Below are positions 17,370 to 26,899 of a stretch of 28,782 bases of DNA, piece after piece. How positions within the stretch are numbered: position 1 is the stretch's first letter; every line of letters begins with the position of its first letter. The notes beneath the pieces were generated by a model. It had not been told where the DNA came from and made no database searches. It saw nothing but the letters and a program-made list of their open reading frames with translations. Made by a program: the position numbers and the translations under genes. Source of the stretch: Chloroflexota bacterium (GTDB lineage Bacteria > Chloroflexota > Limnocylindria > P2-11E); assembly GCA_039934015.1 (NCBI GenBank), contig JBDTMY010000055.1, positions 1-28,782 of the forward strand, read 5' to 3'.

Positions 17370-17750
17370 ATGGTCAGCGCAAAGGATCTGAGGGATGTCT
17401 TCGAGGACATCCGCAGCGAAGCGGGCAAGCGGGCATCTGACTTCATGAGTGACGCCAAGATGCCCGACATCAGCAAGATGCCGGACATCGGTCGGCGCAA
17501 CGAGCCTTCCGGGATCGTCTGGCTGAGTCTTGGCCTGGTGCTCGGAGCGGTCGTCGGTATGGCGATCGCGCTCATCGCGGCGCCGTATCCGGGCGTCGAG
17601 ACCCGTCGGCGTCTTGGCCAGCAGGTGGACAAGATGAAGCGACAGGGCGAGGACCAGATCGAGCAGATCCGCACCTCGAGCGCGTCGAAGAGTGACAACG
17701 GCGGAACGCCGGGCTACACCACTCCCACCACCGCGTACGAGCGTAGCTAG
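17370..17750 (+). CDS. YtxH domain protein
   Basis: GGGAGG SD before ATG 17370; GLVLGAVVGMAIALIAAPYPGVETRRRL; tandem MPDISK/MPDIGR. Confidence 0.75.
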   Translation: MVSAKDLRDVFEDIRSEAGKRASDFMSDAKMPDISKMPDIGRRNEPSGIVWLSLGLVLGAVVGMAIALIAAPYPGVETRRRLGQQVDKMKRQGEDQIEQIRTSSASKSDNGGTPGYTTPTTAYERS

Positions 17751-19090
17751 GGTCGCATTGCCTTCGCGAGCTCGATGAGCTTCTCGCTCGTGTTGAGCGA
17801 GGGCTCGTCGAGCACGCGTTCGAACAGCGCGTTAAGGATCTGGCCGACCTTCGGACCGCGTGGGATGTCGAGCTCACGCATGATGTCGTTCCCGTCGATC
17901 TTGAGATCGCGAAGCGAGAACGCATTCGCCGCCGCGATCTCGTTCTCCACGCGCTGCCAGAGCGCCTCGAGCGCGTACATGCGCGGCGAGCGCGCGCCAC
18001 TGCCGATGTTGTCGGCCCGCCGGAGCGCGAAAAGCGCAGGGATGTAGTCCAGCCCGATCTTGCGGATGAAGCGGCGGACCGCCGAGTCGGTCCAGTGGGT
18101 CTCGTACCAGAACATGTGATTCCTGATGAGGTGCGTGACCTCGGCCACGGTCTCCTTGTCGAACTTCCAGCGCCGCAGGATCTGGCGGGCCTTGAACTCG
18201 CCAACGAACTCGTGCTGGTGGAAGTGGCCGTCGGCCATCGTTTCGGGCTTGCCGATGTCGTGAAAGAGGCCCGCGAGGCGCAGCACGAGGTCATTCGCCG
18301 GCGTCGCGTCGACCGTCGCGAGTGAGTGCTCGAAGACGTCCTGGGCGGCGACCTTGTCCTGCGGCGTCTTTTTGCACTCCTCGAGCTCGGGGCAGATGAC
18401 CTCGAGCAAGCCGACATCCGAAAGCATGCGGAAGGCGACCGCGGGGCGCGGCGCGCCCAGGATCTTCGTGAGCTCCTGATTGATGCGTTCCCCGGAGAGC
18501 GTTGTCGCGAGAGGCGCGTTCCGGCGGATGGCGGTGACGGTCGGTCCATCGATGCGCATCTCCAGGAGCGTCGCGAAGCGCACCGCGCGCAGCATGCGCA
18601 GCGCGTCCTCGCGGAAACGCGCGTCCGGCTCGCCGACCGCGCGCAGGACGCGCGACTCGAGATCGCCCTGCCCGCCGAACGGATCCACGAGCTCGCCCGG
18701 CATGCCGTTCTGGCCGGGCCGCCAGGCCATGGCGTTCATCGTGAAGTCGCGCCGCGAGAGGTCCTCGTGGAGCGAGTCGGTGAAGGCGACGTGATCGGGA
18801 CGCCGATGGTCGGTGTAGCCGGCCTCGACCCGATAGGTCGTGACCTCGATCTCGTGGTCTCCGGACCGGACGACCACGGTGCCGAAGCGATTCGTATACA
18901 GCGACTTCGCGAAGAGCTTCTGGATCTGATCCGGGGTGGCGTCGGTCGCGACATCCCAGTCCTGCGGATCGACCCCGCGGATCGCGTCGCGGACGCAGCC
19001 ACCCACCACGAACGCTTCGTGGCCGGCGTCGGTGAGCTTCGCCACGACACGCTCGACGTCCTTGGGGACCCGCAGCTCGGTGATGGTCAT
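17747..19090 (-). CDS. cca: CCA tRNA nucleotidyltransferase with HD domain
   Basis: VGGCVRD, DWD, DLSRRDFTMNAMA, FREDALRMLRAVRF, HDIGKP; GATACT-N6-ATG upstream. Confidence 0.92.
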   Translation of the reverse strand: MTITELRVPKDVERVVAKLTDAGHEAFVVGGCVRDAIRGVDPQDWDVATDATPDQIQKLFAKSLYTNRFGTVVVRSGDHEIEVTTYRVEAGYTDHRRPDHVAFTDSLHEDLSRRDFTMNAMAWRPGQNGMPGELVDPFGGQGDLESRVLRAVGEPDARFREDALRMLRAVRFATLLEMRIDGPTVTAIRRNAPLATTLSGERINQELTKILGAPRPAVAFRMLSDVGLLEVICPELEECKKTPQDKVAAQDVFEHSLATVDATPANDLVLRLAGLFHDIGKPETMADGHFHQHEFVGEFKARQILRRWKFDKETVAEVTHLIRNHMFWYETHWTDSAVRRFIRKIGLDYIPALFALRRADNIGSGARSPRMYALEALWQRVENEIAAANAFSLRDLKIDGNDIMRELDIPRGPKVGQILNALFERVLDEPSLNTSEKLIELAKAMRP

Positions 19091-19111
19091 CGGCTGAGTA
19101 TCGGGCCCTGG

Positions 19112-19827
<716 letters not shown>

Positions 19828-19828
<1 letters not shown>

Positions 19829-20604
19829 CAGGCGACCTTCGCCTTCCCCAGATACGCCTCGATCACGCGCGGATCGCGCTGCACGGCCTCGGGCGCGCCT
19901 TCGGCGATCTTCGTGCCGTGGTCGAGCACGGTGACTCGGTCCGAGATGCCCATGACGACCTTCATGTCGTGCTCGATCAGCAGGATCGTGATCTTGCGCT
20001 CGTCACGCAGCCGCCTGATGAACTGGGTCATGCGTGCCGTCTCGTTCGGGTCCATTCCGGCGGTCGGCTCGTCGAGGAGCAGCAGCTTCGGCTCCGTGGC
20101 CAGAGCGCGCGCCATCTCGAGCCGGCGCTGGTCGCCGTAGGGGAGGTTCTTCGCGGTCACGAGGTCGCGGCCCTCGAGACCCACATATTTCAGCAGCCCG
20201 ACGCACAGCTCGCGCGTCGCGCGCTCCTCACGTCGCTCGCGCGGCAGGCGCAGGATCGCCTCGAACGGCGTGGCCTTCATACGCGAGTGGTGGCCGACCA
20301 TGACGTTCTCGATCGCGCTCATGTTGTGGAAGAGCCGGATGTTCTGGAACGTCCGCGCGATGCCGAGCCGCGTGATCTTGTGCGGTGGCAGACCCGAGAT
20401 GTTGTGGGCGCCGAACGCGATCGTACCGCTGGTCGGGCGGTACAGACCGGCGATGACGTTGAAGAACGTGGTCTTCCCAGCGCCGTTCGGGCCGATGAGG
20501 CTCACGATCGAGCCCTCGGGGATGAGGAAGTCGACGCCGCCGACGGCGACCAGGCCCCCGAACTGCTTGGTGACCGCGCGTGCCTCGAGGATGTTCCCGC
20601 TCAT
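19828..20604 (-). CDS. livG: Branched-chain amino acid ABC transporter ATPase
   Basis: GPNGAGKTT, RTFQNIRLF, LPYGDQRRLEMARAL, IEHDM, AYLG. Confidence 0.95.
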
Positions 20605-21782
20605 CGCTCGACGTCCACCACGGTCGCCCGTTCTTGTGCGACGGCGCCCTCGTCATCTTCGGCGGCGTGCAGCTCCGCTTTGACGCGCGCGCTCGGGAAC
20701 AGGCCCTCAGGTCGCACGAGCATCATGACCACCAGCGCGATGCCGAAGATGAGCTGGCGCGAGCGGCTCACGTCCATGAACTGGAGATCCTGGTTGTTTA
20801 TCGCCGCACCGATGCCGTGGATGAACCCCGATATCCAATCGAAGAGCACCCGGTCGACGAAACCAAGCAACAGCCCGCCGGCGATCACGCCGCCGATGTT
20901 GCCCAGGCCCCCCAGGATGATCATGCAGAGCACGAAGATGGAGACCGAGAAGTCGAACTGCTCCGGTGCGATGACCTGCAGGTAGCTGGCCCAGATCGAG
21001 CCGGCGAAGCCGGAGAAGCTCGCGCCGAGCGCGAAGGCGAACAGCTTCGTGGTCACGAGGTTGACGCCCATCGAGGCGGCCGCGACCTCGTCTTCCCGCA
21101 TCGCCGCCCACGCGCGGCCGACCCGCGACGTGCGTAACCGGGCCGTGATCAGGACCGATAGCAGCAGGACCGCGACGATGAGGTAGTACCAGGGGACGGG
21201 GTCGACGGCGAACTGCAGGCCGGGGATCTCGGGATAGCCGATCGGGTTCATTCCCTGGGTGCCCTTGGTGATCTCCGGCGTGTTCTTGATGACGAGCGGC
21301 ACGATCTCGCCGAATCCGAGCGTCACGATCGCGAGATAGTCGCCGCGCAGGCGCAGCGTCGGCGCGCCGAGGAGCACCCCGAATATCGCCGCGACGGCCG
21401 CGCTGATGAACATGGCGAGAAAGAAGTTCACGTGGTTGCCTTCGCGCACGAAGCCGATCGGGCTGACGGTGGAGGTCAGGAAGGCCATGGTGTACGCGCC
21501 GATCGCGAAGAACGCCGCATACCCGAGGTCGAGCAGTCCCGCGAAGCCGACGACGACGTTGAGGCCGAGCGCCAGGACGATGAACAACGTGATCGGGATG
21601 GCCTTGGCCTCCCACCCGAGGCCGAGCAGGTTGTTTACGAGCGGGAACAGCAGCGCAGCGCCGATGCCGAGGATCGTTCCGAACATCTTCCGCTCGCGCG
21701 CCTTGCCGGTCGCCGTGTACCACCAGCCCAGCGTCGAGCGCGTGCGCGACGACGGCTTGGGCGCCGGCGGCGCGGGCTTCAC
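20601..21782 (-). CDS. livM: Branched-chain amino acid ABC permease
   Basis: GTG 21782 overlapping the livH TGA; LGLNVVVGFAGLLDLGYAAF, LRLRGDYLAIVTLGFGEI. Confidence 0.93.
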   Translation of the reverse strand: MKPAPPAPKPSSRTRSTLGWWYTATGKARERKMFGTILGIGAALLFPLVNNLLGLGWEAKAIPITLFIVLALGLNVVVGFAGLLDLGYAAFFAIGAYTMAFLTSTVSPIGFVREGNHVNFFLAMFISAAVAAIFGVLLGAPTLRLRGDYLAIVTLGFGEIVPLVIKNTPEITKGTQGMNPIGYPEIPGLQFAVDPVPWYYLIVAVLLLSVLITARLRTSRVGRAWAAMREDEVAAASMGVNLVTTKLFAFALGASFSGFAGSIWASYLQVIAPEQFDFSVSIFVLCMIILGGLGNIGGVIAGGLLLGFVDRVLFDWISGFIHGIGAAINNQDLQFMDVSRSRQLIFGIALVVMMLVRPEGLFPSARVKAELHAAEDDEGAVAQERATVVDVER

Positions 21783-22711
21783 GCCTTCTCTCCGGTCTCC
21801 TGGCCCATCAGACCGGTCGGCCTGAACACGAGGATGATCACGAGGAGCGAGAACACTCCGACGTTCTCCCACTGTCCGCCGAAGTACGTCACGGTAAGGG
21901 CGGACAGCAGGCCGAGAACGAAGCCCCCCAGCGCCGCCCCGTTCACGTTACCGATGCCGCCGAGCACCGCCGCGGTGAAGGCCTTGAGACCCGCGGTGAA
22001 GCCCAGCGTGAACACCGTGTTGTTGTTGTAGAGGCCGTACATGAGCGAGGCAGCCCCCGCGAGCACGCCGCCGAGAAGGAACGTGAAGGCGATGACGCGG
22101 TTCACGTCGATGCCCATCTGCTGGGCCATCTCGCTGTCCTGCGCCACGGCGCGCATCGCTTTGCCCATGCGCGTGCTCCGGATGACCCAGGCCAGACCGA
22201 GCATCAACGGGATGGCGAGCGCAAGCACGAACAGATCCTTGAACGTGAACCGGATGAGCGACTCGAAGCCGAGCAGCTCACTGACGAAGTCGTATTGGGG
22301 GAGGAGATCGGGGAAACGGCGCGGGGTCGGACCCTGCCAGAAGAGCCCGATGTTGACGAACACGAACGAGACGCCGATCGCGGAGATGAGCGGGGCGAGT
22401 CGCGGCGCGCGTCGCAGCGGTCGATACGCGATCCGTTCCGCCAGGACATTGAGCAGGCCGCAGAAGATCATCGCCGCGAGCATCGCGAGCAGCAGCGCCA
22501 CCCAGGGCGTCCCCGTGATCCCGACTTCGGTGCTGAAGCCGAGCAGCGTCAGGGTGCTGAGGCAGACGAAGGTGCCGAGCATGAACAGGTCGCCGTGCGC
22601 GAAGTTGATCAGCTCGATGATCCCGTAGACGAGCGTGTAGCCAAGCGCGATGAGCGCGATGAACGCGCCATTGGTGATCCCGATCATCACGGCGGCCAGG
22701 AAGAGGTCTAT
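21779..22711 (-). CDS. livH: Branched-chain amino acid ABC permease (start ATA 22711 or GTG 22726)
   Basis: ALIALGYTLVYGIIELINFAHGDLFM, GLKAFTAAVLGGIG, FRPTGL. Confidence 0.93.
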   Translation of the reverse strand: MDLFLAAVMIGITNGAFIALIALGYTLVYGIIELINFAHGDLFMLGTFVCLSTLTLLGFSTEVGITGTPWVALLLAMLAAMIFCGLLNVLAERIAYRPLRRAPRLAPLISAIGVSFVFVNIGLFWQGPTPRRFPDLLPQYDFVSELLGFESLIRFTFKDLFVLALAIPLMLGLAWVIRSTRMGKAMRAVAQDSEMAQQMGIDVNRVIAFTFLLGGVLAGAASLMYGLYNNNTVFTLGFTAGLKAFTAAVLGGIGNVNGAALGGFVLGLLSALTVTYFGGQWENVGVFSLLVIILVFRPTGLMGQETGEKA

Positions 22712-22730
22712 CTGCCACCCTCCCACACAC

Positions 22731-22773
22731 GAAAACGGGGCGGGAGACCGGATCCCTCCGGCTTCCCGCCCCG
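22731..22773 (-). terminator. Hairpin between livJ and livH (partial terminator or stabiliser)
   Basis: CGGGGCGGGA/TCCCGCCCCG outer stem plus CCGGA/TCCGG inner stem; TTTT follows on the minus strand. Confidence 0.75.
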
Positions 22774-22798
22774 ATTCTGCACTACGGCGTCTGGTTGG

Positions 22799-24034
22799 CT
22801 ACTTGGCGGCAAGCTCCTTGACGAAGGACCATGCGCCGCTCTTGCTGATGGAGCCCGAGAACTGCGTCAGCGTGGTGTCGCCGCCCGCGTCGAACGACCA
22901 CTTGCCGAGGACGCCGTCGTAGTCCTTGGTGCCCATGACGTTGGCCTGGACCGTCGCGCGGTCATCGGCCTTGTCGCCGGCTTTCGCGATCGCCGCGAGA
23001 ACGACCTTCGCCGCCTCGTAGCCGTAGATCGCGTACGGGTTCGGGTTGTTGTTGTTGTACTTGGCGTTGTAGCTCTTGAGCCACTCGGAGGCCTTGCCGG
23101 TGTACTTCTCCGGCGGCACGCCACCGAACGTCGAGTACGTGTCCGTGTTCGCGGACGGGCCGGCCTGCTTCAGGAACTCCGAGCAGTTGATGCCGTCGGG
23201 GCCCATGAACTTGATGGTCGGGATGACCGCGCGCAGGTCCTTGAGCAGGACCGCGGGGTTGTTGTCCACGATGCCGCCGTAGTAGACGAGGTCGGCACCG
23301 GCGTCCTTGACCTTGTTCGCCAGGGCACGGTAGTTGTCAGCCTTCTGCGCGCCTTCGTAACCGGCCTCGGCGAGCCCGAGCGCCTTTGCCTTTGCGCGGA
23401 AGACGTCCGCGATGCCCTTTCCGTAGAGCTCGGTGTCGTGGACGATGTAGACCTTCTTCGCGCCGAGCTCCTGTGCCCAGGTCGCGCCCACTGCGCCCTG
23501 GATGTCGTCGGCGGGAACGACGCGCGCGTAGTTGCGCTTGCCGTTCGGGTAGTACTTGCCCGGCTCGTCCGGCTCGGCGCCCTTCTCAGGACCCTTCGTC
23601 AGACCCGGGTAGGTGTTGGCCGGCGACACCATCACGAGACCCGCCTGGTTGAGGAGCGGGATCGAGATCTTCGCCGCGCCGGAGTTGTACGTCCCGATGT
23701 AGGCCACGACCGATTTGTCGTTGATGGCCTTGCGGGCGTTCTCGGCTTCCTGCGCCGCGTCCCACGAGCCCTTCGCCGCCGTGGCGTCGTCGAGTGCCTC
23801 GAAGTTCACGGTCACGTTCGGGATCTTGGTCTCCGCGATCGCCAGCTGGATCGAGTTCACGATCTCAACTGTCTGTGTGCGCGACGCCCCGGTCATCGGC
23901 AGGCTGGAAATGATCTTGACCGTCTTGGCTGTCGACGCGCCTGTTGTGCCGCCCGTGCCGGCACCGCCACACGCGCCCATGACGAGCGCGAGAGCGGTGA
24001 TGGCTGCGGCGGCGGTTGTCCATCGTCTCTGCAT
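22799..24034 (-). CDS. livJ: Branched-chain amino acid ABC substrate-binding lipoprotein
   Basis: GGGAGG SD before ATG 24034; lipobox LVMGAC; YIGTYNSG, SPANTYPGLT, PYAIYGYEA. Confidence 0.9.
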   Translation of the reverse strand: MQRRWTTAAAAITALALVMGACGGAGTGGTTGASTAKTVKIISSLPMTGASRTQTVEIVNSIQLAIAETKIPNVTVNFEALDDATAAKGSWDAAQEAENARKAINDKSVVAYIGTYNSGAAKISIPLLNQAGLVMVSPANTYPGLTKGPEKGAEPDEPGKYYPNGKRNYARVVPADDIQGAVGATWAQELGAKKVYIVHDTELYGKGIADVFRAKAKALGLAEAGYEGAQKADNYRALANKVKDAGADLVYYGGIVDNNPAVLLKDLRAVIPTIKFMGPDGINCSEFLKQAGPSANTDTYSTFGGVPPEKYTGKASEWLKSYNAKYNNNNPNPYAIYGYEAAKVVLAAIAKAGDKADDRATVQANVMGTKDYDGVLGKWSFDAGGDTTLTQFSGSISKSGAWSFVKELAAK

Positions 24035-24181
24035 GCGAACCTCCCTAGCGGTCTGGTCGGATAATGGCTCGACCCTGGCGGGCCGCTCTCCCTGCGCCGA
24101 CAGCCGCGTGATCGGGTGAGTCTGGCGTCGGGCGCCCCGTGCGTCAACGAAGACGAAGGACCACCCTTGTACGCTCGGTGG

Positions 24182-25363
24182 GTGCCACGTCGCGGCGCTA
24201 CCGGCCTGCTCGCGCTCCTGTTCATCGCCGCGGGGTGCTCGGCGCAACCTCCGGTGGTCTCGCGGCCGACCCCGCTTTCGACCACACCGCCGGATCGCGC
24301 CCCGGCGGGCCTTCCCTCAGGTCGAGTCCTATTTAGTAAGGGGGGTCTGGACCTCTGGAGCGCCGGCCCGGACGGGAGCGGCCGCGCCCCGGTCACCACC
24401 GACGGCGCCGCCTCCGGCGGCTACCTCGGCGCTCGCTGGTCCCCGGACGGGACGCTTGTCGCCGCCGAGCGCGCGGCGCCGGGTGAGGGCGGGAGCTCGC
24501 TGTTCCTCGTCCGTCCGGGGATGGTGCCGCTGCGCCTCTCACGACCCGACACGTTCCTCGACGGATACGTCTGGTCCCCGGACGGTCGATACCTCGCGTA
24601 CGGCGAGGTGATCTCGGGCGGCACCGCCGCGTCCGGCGGATCGCTCGCGGGCGCCGTAGGGGACGTCCACCTTTATGACGTCACCACGGCGACCGACATG
24701 GTCGTCGGGCCCGGCACGCATCCCGCGTTCACGCCTGACGGCACTCGTCTCGGATACGCGCACGTCTCCGGCGCCATCGCGCTGGCCGACATGCGCGTGC
24801 TCGCGTCCGGCAGACCAAAGGAGCTCCCGACGCAGCTGCTCGTGACGCTCGCCGATCTCACGCGCTACTCGACGGTCAGCGCATCCCGAGGCATGGGCCT
24901 CATCGGCGGTCCGCAGTTCTCAGCCGACGGCAAGCTGGTCGCGTACGCCGCGATCGAGAAGGGTCCGATCCTCGACGCCGTGCAGATCGTGTACACGCAG
25001 GAGCTCGTCGCGGGCGCGCCGCCGAAGCTGTGGGTGATAGGGAAGACCGGCGCCATCCACCATGTCGCGGAGCTGCGCTGGTCGCCAACGGCACCGTTGC
25101 TCGCGTACTCGATCATCAACGCGCAGCCGCATCACCACTGGCTCAGCGTCATCGATCCGGGAAGCGGTCAGCGCCGCGAGCTGTACGACTCGGCGAAGCA
25201 CTTTCTCGACTTCACCTGGTCACCTGACGGCGCGGTCCTCCTCGTCCAGGTCGACGACGGTGACGAGTGGCTGTACTTCCGGCCCGACCGCGCCGGCCCG
25301 ATCGGACGGGTCGCGCCGGGTGGTTGGCGGCCGGAGTGGTGTCGCTGTGTCTCCCGCGCGTAG
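24182..25363 (+). CDS. TolB/PD40-like beta-propeller lipoprotein
   Basis: Signal RRGATGLLALLFIAAG|C; repeats RWSPDG, VWSPDG, AFTPDG, QFSADG, RWSPTA, TWSPDG; start uncertain. Confidence 0.8.
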   Translation: MPRRGATGLLALLFIAAGCSAQPPVVSRPTPLSTTPPDRAPAGLPSGRVLFSKGGLDLWSAGPDGSGRAPVTTDGAASGGYLGARWSPDGTLVAAERAAPGEGGSSLFLVRPGMVPLRLSRPDTFLDGYVWSPDGRYLAYGEVISGGTAASGGSLAGAVGDVHLYDVTTATDMVVGPGTHPAFTPDGTRLGYAHVSGAIALADMRVLASGRPKELPTQLLVTLADLTRYSTVSASRGMGLIGGPQFSADGKLVAYAAIEKGPILDAVQIVYTQELVAGAPPKLWVIGKTGAIHHVAELRWSPTAPLLAYSIINAQPHHHWLSVIDPGSGQRRELYDSAKHFLDFTWSPDGAVLLVQVDDGDEWLYFRPDRAGPIGRVAPGGWRPEWCRCVSRA

Positions 25364-26093
25364 GGCCCCGGCCGTTCGCACCGCGCCGAGGGCGCGCGAG
25401 GATCCGGCGGTGCGACGCCGCCGGGCGCGGGCGATCCTGACGCGACTCGCCAAGGCGAATCCCGACTGGGGGCCGACGCTCGAGTTCGGCAGCCCCTTCG
25501 AGCTTCTCGTCGCGACGATCCTTGCCGCGCAGGCACAGGACGAGCACATCAACCAGGTCACACGCGCGCTGTTCGTGAAATACCGCGGACCCGCCGATTA
25601 CGTGAAGGTCCCAGTCGAGGAGCTTGAGCGCGACGTTCACGCCACGGGCTTCTTCAGGATGAAGGCGAAGGCGATCCGCGGCGCCTCGGAGCAGATCCTC
25701 ACCGAGTTCGGCGGCGAGGTCCCGGGCGATATGGATTCGCTCGTGCGGCTCCGCGGCGTCGGTCGCAAGACCGCATCGATCGTGCTTGGGAACGCTTTCA
25801 GCGTGCCGGCGATCGCCGTCGACCGGCACGTCGAGCGCGTCGCCACCCGGCTCGGCTTCACCCGGAAGGGAGCCGACGGCATCGAGGAGGAGCTGCGCTC
25901 TCTCTATCCCAAGCGGGACTGGGTGAAGGCGACATGGAATCTCGTGCTGCACGGCCGGCGCATCTGCACCCCGACGCCGAAATGTCCGATCTGTCCGATC
26001 ATCGAGCTCTGCCCGTATCCGAAGAAGACCAGAGCCGCGCGCACCACGCGCCAAGCACCGCGACCGCGATCAGCAGCGCGTCAGAGAGGATGA
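25347..26093 (+). CDS. nth: Endonuclease III (HhH-GPD, 4Fe-4S)
   Basis: PFELLVATILAAQ, LRGVGRKTA, AVDRHV, C-x5-C-x2-C-x5-C; GTG 25347. Confidence 0.93.
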   Translation: MSPARRAPAVRTAPRAREDPAVRRRRARAILTRLAKANPDWGPTLEFGSPFELLVATILAAQAQDEHINQVTRALFVKYRGPADYVKVPVEELERDVHATGFFRMKAKAIRGASEQILTEFGGEVPGDMDSLVRLRGVGRKTASIVLGNAFSVPAIAVDRHVERVATRLGFTRKGADGIEEELRSLYPKRDWVKATWNLVLHGRRICTPTPKCPICPIIELCPYPKKTRAARTTRQAPRPRSAARQRG

Positions 26094-26379
26094 CCACAGC
26101 CGTGTCGGTGAGCTGATCGGCCAGGTACACGGCCGGCAGGACGCCCAGCGCCGCACAGATCACATAGCCCGCACCCACAAGCGCCCCGTGATAGACGGGG
26201 GCTTCGGAAGCCCGTTTTCCGGCCAAAATGCCAGAAACGAAGAGACCGAAAACGGATGCTAGCGCTGCCGGGATCGGGGGCAGCACAGCGCGACCCAGGA
26301 GTGTTACCGCGACGGCAAGCACGACACCCGCGAGGATCGCGGGCCACTCGAGGCGGGGTACCTGTCGCTGCGAGTTGAT
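25999..26379 (-). CDS. Small 4-TM membrane protein (TIGR04086-like); start ATC 26379 or GTG 26322
   Basis: LEWPAILAGVVLAVAV...GILAGKRASEAPVYHGALVG; the first TM helix begins upstream of GTG 26322. Confidence 0.65.
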   Translation of the reverse strand: MNSQRQVPRLEWPAILAGVVLAVAVTLLGRAVLPPIPAALASVFGLFVSGILAGKRASEAPVYHGALVGAGYVICAALGVLPAVYLADQLTDTAVVILSDALLIAVAVLGAWCARLWSSSDTGRAR

Positions 26380-26405
26380 GACGCGACTCTAAGACGTGGA
26401 TCCTT

Positions 26406-26444
26406 CTAAAAAGAAACCGATCCGCGAGGCCTACGCGGATCGGT
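26406..26444 (-). terminator. Intrinsic terminator
   Basis: Perfect 11-bp stem ACCGATCCGCG/CGCGGATCGGT, followed by TTCTTTTT on minus. Confidence 0.85.
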
Positions 26445-26469
26445 GGGTTCGCGAAAGGTGCCAGATGAG

Positions 26470-26501
26470 AATTAACAAGCGCGACGATCGCTCGCCGCGC
26501 T
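26470..26501 (-). terminator. Intrinsic terminator directly after the Lys-rich peptide gene
   Basis: 10-bp stem (one G-U), GCGA tetraloop, then TGTTAATT. Confidence 0.7.
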
Positions 26502-26507
26502 CAAGAC

Positions 26508-26561
26508 TTACTTCTTCTTCGCTTTCTTGGACTTCTTTGCAGCCTTCTTCTTTGCTGGCAT
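26508..26561 (-). CDS. 17-aa lysine-rich peptide MPAKKKAAKKSKKAKKK (absent from the ORF track)
   Basis: AGGAGGTGA SD, 7 nt, ATG; TAA stop; own promoter and terminators. Confidence 0.85.
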   Translation of the reverse strand: MPAKKKAAKKSKKAKKK

Positions 26562-26596
26562 TTGTGAATCACCTCCTCTTGGCCACGCATTGTCGT

Positions 26597-26627
26597 TATA
26601 TAGACACATTCACGTCGCAAATGTCAA
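26597..26627 (-). promoter_or_regulatory. Sigma70-type promoter of the Lys-rich peptide gene, with internal dyad
   Basis: TTGACA (26627-26622)-N19-TATATA (26602-26597); ACATT-N9-AATGT dyad 26606-26624. Confidence 0.65.
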
Positions 26628-26640
26628 CACATGAGCGGTC

Positions 26641-26889
26641 TCAGGTCGTCGGCGTCGTCGGCGGACTCGCTCCTCGGAGTTTCAGGATCACGCGCTCGCG
26701 GAGCTGCGCGGGAGCGCCCTCTGAGGTGGCGCAGTCGCGAAGACGGTCGAGGAAGCGGGCCTCGAGGCCCAACTCGTCACCGCACTCGTCGCATCCGCTG
26801 ACGTGCGCGCGGACCGCGGCGAGTTCCTTCTCGTCGAGCTCGAGGTCGAGGAAGGCGTAGAGCCGTTCGACGCAGTCGTTGCAGTCCAC
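26641..26889 (-). CDS. rsrA: ZAS zinc-binding anti-sigma factor (RsrA/RshA-like)
   Basis: N-terminal CNDC, HVSGCDEC (HxxxCxxC), APAQLRERV; GGAGG SD; follows the ECF sigma gene. Confidence 0.9.
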   Translation of the reverse strand: MDCNDCVERLYAFLDLELDEKELAAVRAHVSGCDECGDELGLEARFLDRLRDCATSEGAPAQLRERVILKLRGASPPTTPTT

Positions 26890-26899
26890 TCGCGCCTCC

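Noticed and set aside
23040-23060. GTT trinucleotide run (NNNN in LivJ)
   Set aside because: Short in-frame coding repeat with no sign of phase variation
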